From Octopus vulgaris (lineage: Eukaryota), in NCBI GenBank assembly GCA_951406725.2, contig OX597815.1:91140001-91204000 (forward strand): 64,000 nt of DNA. Direction: 5' to 3'. This document shows, one piece after another, positions 62,491 to 64,000 of the stretch (positions are counted from its first letter, which is position 1; each line of letters opens with the position of its first letter). The position numbers and the translations under genes are program-made. The notes under the pieces are model-generated. The model made no database searches. It was given only the letters and a program-made list of their open reading frames with translations, and had not been told where the DNA came from.

Positions 62491-62984
62491 GTTATTTATG
62501 TAATTTATTTAGTATGTTTAGTTATGTATTTCGTTAGTTGCAATTAATTATTAACATTTTCTTTTCTTCTTTTTCTTTGTCTATATACTAACCTTTGGTG
62601 AAAGGTTAAAAAGATATCCACTCACAAAACTTCTAACTAAGAATGAAACTATTCATTTGAAATAAGCTGTCGGACAGTTTGGTATTTAATATTCCATAAG
62701 AAAATTACTGAAACATGTAACATAAAACTGACTCATTGCATTTGCTAGATTTCGGTAGCTAAGCCAAAATATAACCCATTATCATGAAACCATCAGAAGC
62801 TTATGCTTTTAAGATTTATTAGAGCAGATCCAAAAACACCAATTACTGATTTTCTTCTCTGCTACTCGTTATTAATGGAAATTATATGCTGCTACCAAAA
62901 TGCGATTCCTAAATTCGTAAAGCCTAAACATGAAGTATTTGATGCAATTACTATATTTGTGTATGTGCGTCAGTGTCTGTCAGA

Positions 62985-63306
62985 GATACATGTGTGTGTA
63001 TGGGGGGGGGGTTGTATCTGTATTTGTGCAAGTGTGTATGCATGTAAATCACATATATATATACACATGCACATATAATATATATATGCATGTGTGTGTA
63101 TATATATATATACACACACACATATATATACACACACACACACATGTACATATATATATATGTGTATGTATATGTATATATATATATATTTTTATATATA
63201 TATACACATACAAATGTATATATAATCTAATGTATCATACATTATAGATGCATATTTATTCATATACAAGAGTTTGTGTGTGTGTATGTGTGACCACGTA
63301 TATCCA

Positions 63307-63341
<35 letters not shown>

Positions 63342-63530
63342 ACACTTAAATGCAAAAGCACACATATCACACACAGACACGCACATATACATATGTATAC
63401 ATGCAGAGACAAACACACACACACATATATATGTATATGTAAATATGCATGTATGCATTTATGTATGTATATATATATACACATACACACCCATAAGTAT
63501 ACACATAAGCATATAGACACATAGACACAT
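62985..63530. repeat. Compound TA/TG/CA microsatellite block
   Basis: Direct reading. Confidence 0.9.
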
Positions 63531-63534
63531 GCCA

Positions 63535-63720
63535 TGTGCAAGAAGAACACCAAGGAAGAATTGGAATGAAGTGGTGAAGAATGCTCTTAAAGTTTTGCAT
63601 CTCATGAAGGAAATGACAGAGGACAGTGATGATTGGCAATGCACATTGCTGGAGGAAACCTGGTCACTCATGCATGCATAACAAATCCTATGTGAAAATG
63701 TGGATAGTAATAATGGCTGT
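63535..63720 (+). mobile_element. Short RTE-like 3' end, diverged
   Basis: GRPRK-like AGAACACCAAGGAAGAATTGGAATGAAGTGGTGAAG resembles 61620-61740, followed by a degenerate tail. Confidence 0.55.
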
Positions 63721-64000
63721 GATATATGATACAAAAAATTCTTTCACAAATATATATATGTAAAAAAGATAAGTGATAGAAAATGTATTGGACAACATTC
63801 TTTATTTAAAATCGTACAATTGTTTTGACACCTTTTTTACATTCATAGTACATTGGTGTGATGTTGTGTTATCAATACCACCATGCAAGGTGTAAGATGT
63901 GCCTCCACGGGTGACTGTTTAGATAAGTTCTTCATAAGATTCTGCTGTCATGACAGTAGGATACAGTAGCGAAAGCATTTCCACTGTATGAGGACATCAA

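Noticed and set aside
62740-62802. Minus-strand CUGAUGG...CCGAAAUCUAG hammerhead-like string
   Set aside because: Core mismatch and no convincing stems I or II.

Overview
AT-rich, microsatellite-dense eukaryotic DNA, most likely from an octopod cephalopod (inferred from the SINE families; not verified by search). No intact host protein-coding gene can be supported, and most ORF-track entries are translated microsatellites. The window is a patchwork of transposon remains: several tRNA-derived SINE families, RTE LINE and its 3' tails, a broken Ty3/Gypsy provirus, fossils of hAT, mariner, Helitron, RLE-type LINE and possibly Penelope RT, and several MITEs. Two things stand out. (1) Four mutually divergent 1.5-1.7 kb retroposed elements encode only an L1/Tx1-type ORF1 (CCHC knuckle; three also share an unrecognised C-terminal domain), have no ORF2, and three of them have 13-17 bp TSDs. 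Three of the four landed within about 12 nt of the same position in the two LTRs of one Gypsy element. (2) Three unrelated long inverted repeats each carry a hammerhead-ribozyme-like motif on both arms, always pointing outward, as expected for Penelope-type inverted pLTRs. A CpG-retention boundary near 11.5-12 kb hints that the right-hand ~52 kb is methylated gene body (intron). All alignments and folds were done by eye.
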